A model generated the notes under the pieces. It worked only from the letters and a program-made list of their open reading frames with translations. It searched no databases and was not told the origin of the DNA. The position numbers were made by a program, and so were the translations under genes. A stretch of DNA of 7,608 nucleotides from a virus (Duplodnaviria; Heunggongvirae; Uroviricota; Caudoviricetes), in the IMG/VR virus record IMGVR_UViG_2734482594_000017, one strand, 5' to 3'. How positions within the stretch are numbered: the stretch's first letter is position 1; the number at the start of each line of letters is the position of its first letter. This document shows, piece by piece, positions 6,131 to 7,608 of this stretch.

Positions 6131-6549
6131 AAATCAAGCATGAGCACATCGAGTCAGTGTTGTTAGCCCTGGCAGCCGAAAAAGGGCAGGCATGGGTAGC
6201 CAATGCCATTACTGAAGAATATCTGCGCCAGGGGGGCGGCGAATTGCCCCTGGTACCAGGCAAGGACTGGAATAATCAGCAGAATATCTATCACCGTTGG
6301 TTGAAAGGTGAAACGAAAACGCAAAGAGAAAAAATTCAGAAGCTGATCCCAGCAATTCTGGCAATCCTTCCGCGCGAGCTGCGTCACCGACTCTGCATCT
6401 TCGATACCCTGGAACGCCGTGCATTACTGGCGGCGCAGGAAGCGTTAAGTACGGCAATTGATGCGCATGATGATGCAGTCCAAGCCGTTTACCGGAAAGC
6501 GCATTTCAGCGGCGGCGGGTCTTCCGACGATTCTGTCATTGTTCATTAA
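6127..6549 (+). CDS. ydaT: YdaT (140 aa; YdaT family, described as toxic on derepression or CII-like)
   Basis: ATG at 6127 preceded by GGGAG; translation MKIKHEHIESVLLALAAEKGQAWVANAITEEYLRQGGGELPLVPGKDWNNQQNIYHRWLKGETKTQREKIQKL...SVIVH; TAA at 6547-6549. Confidence 0.85.
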   Translation: MKIKHEHIESVLLALAAEKGQAWVANAITEEYLRQGGGELPLVPGKDWNNQQNIYHRWLKGETKTQREKIQKLIPAILAILPRELRHRLCIFDTLERRALLAAQEALSTAIDAHDDAVQAVYRKAHFSGGGSSDDSVIVH

Positions 6550-6612
6550 GCAAAAGTTTCCATGCTGTTTGTGCTTATTCTAAGCCACCGGGCAGCATCA
6601 TACGGGGCAATT

Positions 6613-7225
6613 ATGGCCGCATTACCATACATGCAACTGTACATAGCTGATTACCTGGCTGACACCATGCATTTGTCAGCAGAGGAGCATGGTGCGTATT
6701 TGTTGCTGATGTTCAATTACTGGCAAACAGGAAAGCCAATACCTAAAAACAGGCTGGCAAAAATTGCCCGTCTGACTAACGAGCGATGGGCTGATGTTGA
6801 ACCATCCTTGCAGGAGTTTTTTTGCGATAACGGCGAGGAATGGGTGCATCTTCGGATTGAGGAAGATCTGGCATCAGTCAGGGAAAAATTAACCAAAAAA
6901 TCAGCCGCAGGAAAAGCATCTGTTCAGGCCAGAAGAAGCAGAAAGGAAGCAGATGTTCAAACAAAACAAGAGAGAAATTTAACAGGTGTTCAAACAGATG
7001 TTGAAGTGGTGTTTGAACATGATGTCAACACAAAGGCAACTAATAAAGATACAGATAAAGATCTNNNNNNNNNNNNNNNNNNNNNNNNNNNNNNNNNNNN
7101 NNNNNNNNNNNNNNNNNNNNNNNNNNNNNNNNNNNNNNNNNNNNNNNNNNNNNNNNNNNNNNNNNCGACAGGTTAACACCGTCTCGTTACCGGATAGTGC
7201 GATCCCGCCAGGCTTCAGGGGGTAA
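6613..7225 (+). CDS. ydaU: YdaU (DUF1376 family, replication-initiation-like), interrupted by an N-masked run
   Basis: ATG at 6613; translation MAALPYMQLYIADYLADTMHLSAEEHGAYLLLMFNYWQTGKPIPKNRLAKIARLTNERWADVEPSLQEFF... up to the mask. After the mask a different frame reads ...RQVNTVSLPDSAIPPGFRG with TAA at 7223-7225, 6 nt before ydaV. The frame change means the true masked length differs from 101. Confidence 0.82.
7065..7165. other. N-masked run (101 nt) inside ydaU; content unknown
   Basis: Run of n characters; the ydaU frame differs on the two sides. Confidence 0.99.
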
Positions 7226-7231
7226 CTGACC

Positions 7232-7608
7232 ATGAAAAATATTGCGACAGGCGACGTTCTTGAACGTATCCGCAGACTGGCCCCGTCACATGTAACCGCG
7301 CCATTCAAGACGGTAGCGGAGTGGCGCGAGTGGCAACTTTCCGAAGGCCAGAAACGTTGTGAGGAGATCAACCGTCAGAATCGTCAGTTGCGGGTGGAAA
7401 AAATTCTGAATCGCTCTGGCATCCAGCCATTGCACCGCAAATGCTCGTTTTCGAATTACCAGGTGCAGAACGAAGCGCAGCGATACGCGTTGAGTCAGGC
7501 GAAATCCATCGCTGATGAACTGATGACCGGGTGTACAAATTTTGCGTTCAGCGGAAAACCTGGTACCGGGAAGAACCACTTAGCGGCAGCTATCGGGAAT
7601 CGCCTGCT
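7232..7608 (+). CDS. ydaV: YdaV, DnaC-like AAA+ replication protein (helicase loader family), N-terminal 125 codons; continues past the window end
   Basis: ATG at 7232 preceded by AGGGGG; translation MKNIATGDVLERIRRLAPSHVTAPFKTVAEWREWQLSEGQKRCEEINRQNRQL...FSGKPGTGKNHLAAAIGNRL with a Walker A motif (GKPGTGKN). Confidence 0.9.
   Translation, partial: MKNIATGDVLERIRRLAPSHVTAPFKTVAEWREWQLSEGQKRCEEINRQNRQLRVEKILNRSGIQPLHRKCSFSNYQVQNEAQRYALSQAKSIADELMTGCTNFAFSGKPGTGKNHLAAAIGNRL

Noticed and set aside
5858-6457. Minus-strand ORFs 5858-6040, 6163-6387 and 6209-6457 antisense to ydaS and ydaT
   Set aside because: Antisense to well-supported genes, with no ribosome-binding sites.
6979-7579. Minus-strand ORFs 6979-7371 and 7286-7579 antisense to ydaU and ydaV, and plus ORF 6986-7225 as a separate gene
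   Set aside because: The first two are antisense artefacts, one spanning the N mask. The 6986-7225 frame is better read as the C-terminal frame of ydaU after the mask, not as an independent gene.
1-7608. CRISPR arrays, tRNA or rRNA genes, insertion-sequence ends, attachment sites
   Set aside because: I saw no regularly spaced direct repeats, no cloverleaf-compatible sequence, and no terminal inverted repeats with a transposase ORF in the visible sequence. The N-masked runs could not be checked.

Overview
This window reads as the early region of a Rac-type cryptic lambdoid prophage of Escherichia coli (or a close enterobacterial relative). Gene order, identified by translating the ORFs: recT (partial) – recE – racC – ydaE – kilR on the minus strand; sieB on the plus strand; ydaF – ydaG – an XRE-family repressor (RacR-like) on the minus strand; then ydaS – ydaT – ydaU – ydaV (partial) on the plus strand. 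Four N-masked runs (696-945, 1367-1616, 3723-3912, 7065-7165) interrupt recE twice, most of kilR, and ydaU. Reading frames do not carry across them, so their lengths are placeholders and their content cannot be assessed. I found no CRISPR array, tRNA, rRNA or IS element in the visible sequence, and no clearly new system: every substantial ORF matches a known Rac gene. The points most worth follow-up are the small ydaF-ydaG pair in the position lambda uses for rexAB, next to the superinfection-exclusion gene sieB; a 290-nt non-coding region between ydaG and the repressor carrying repeated GTAC-core motifs shared with the repressor/ydaS control region; and two strong hairpins upstream of the silent or toxic genes recE and kilR. 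All gene names rest on recalled protein sequences and synteny, not on a database search.
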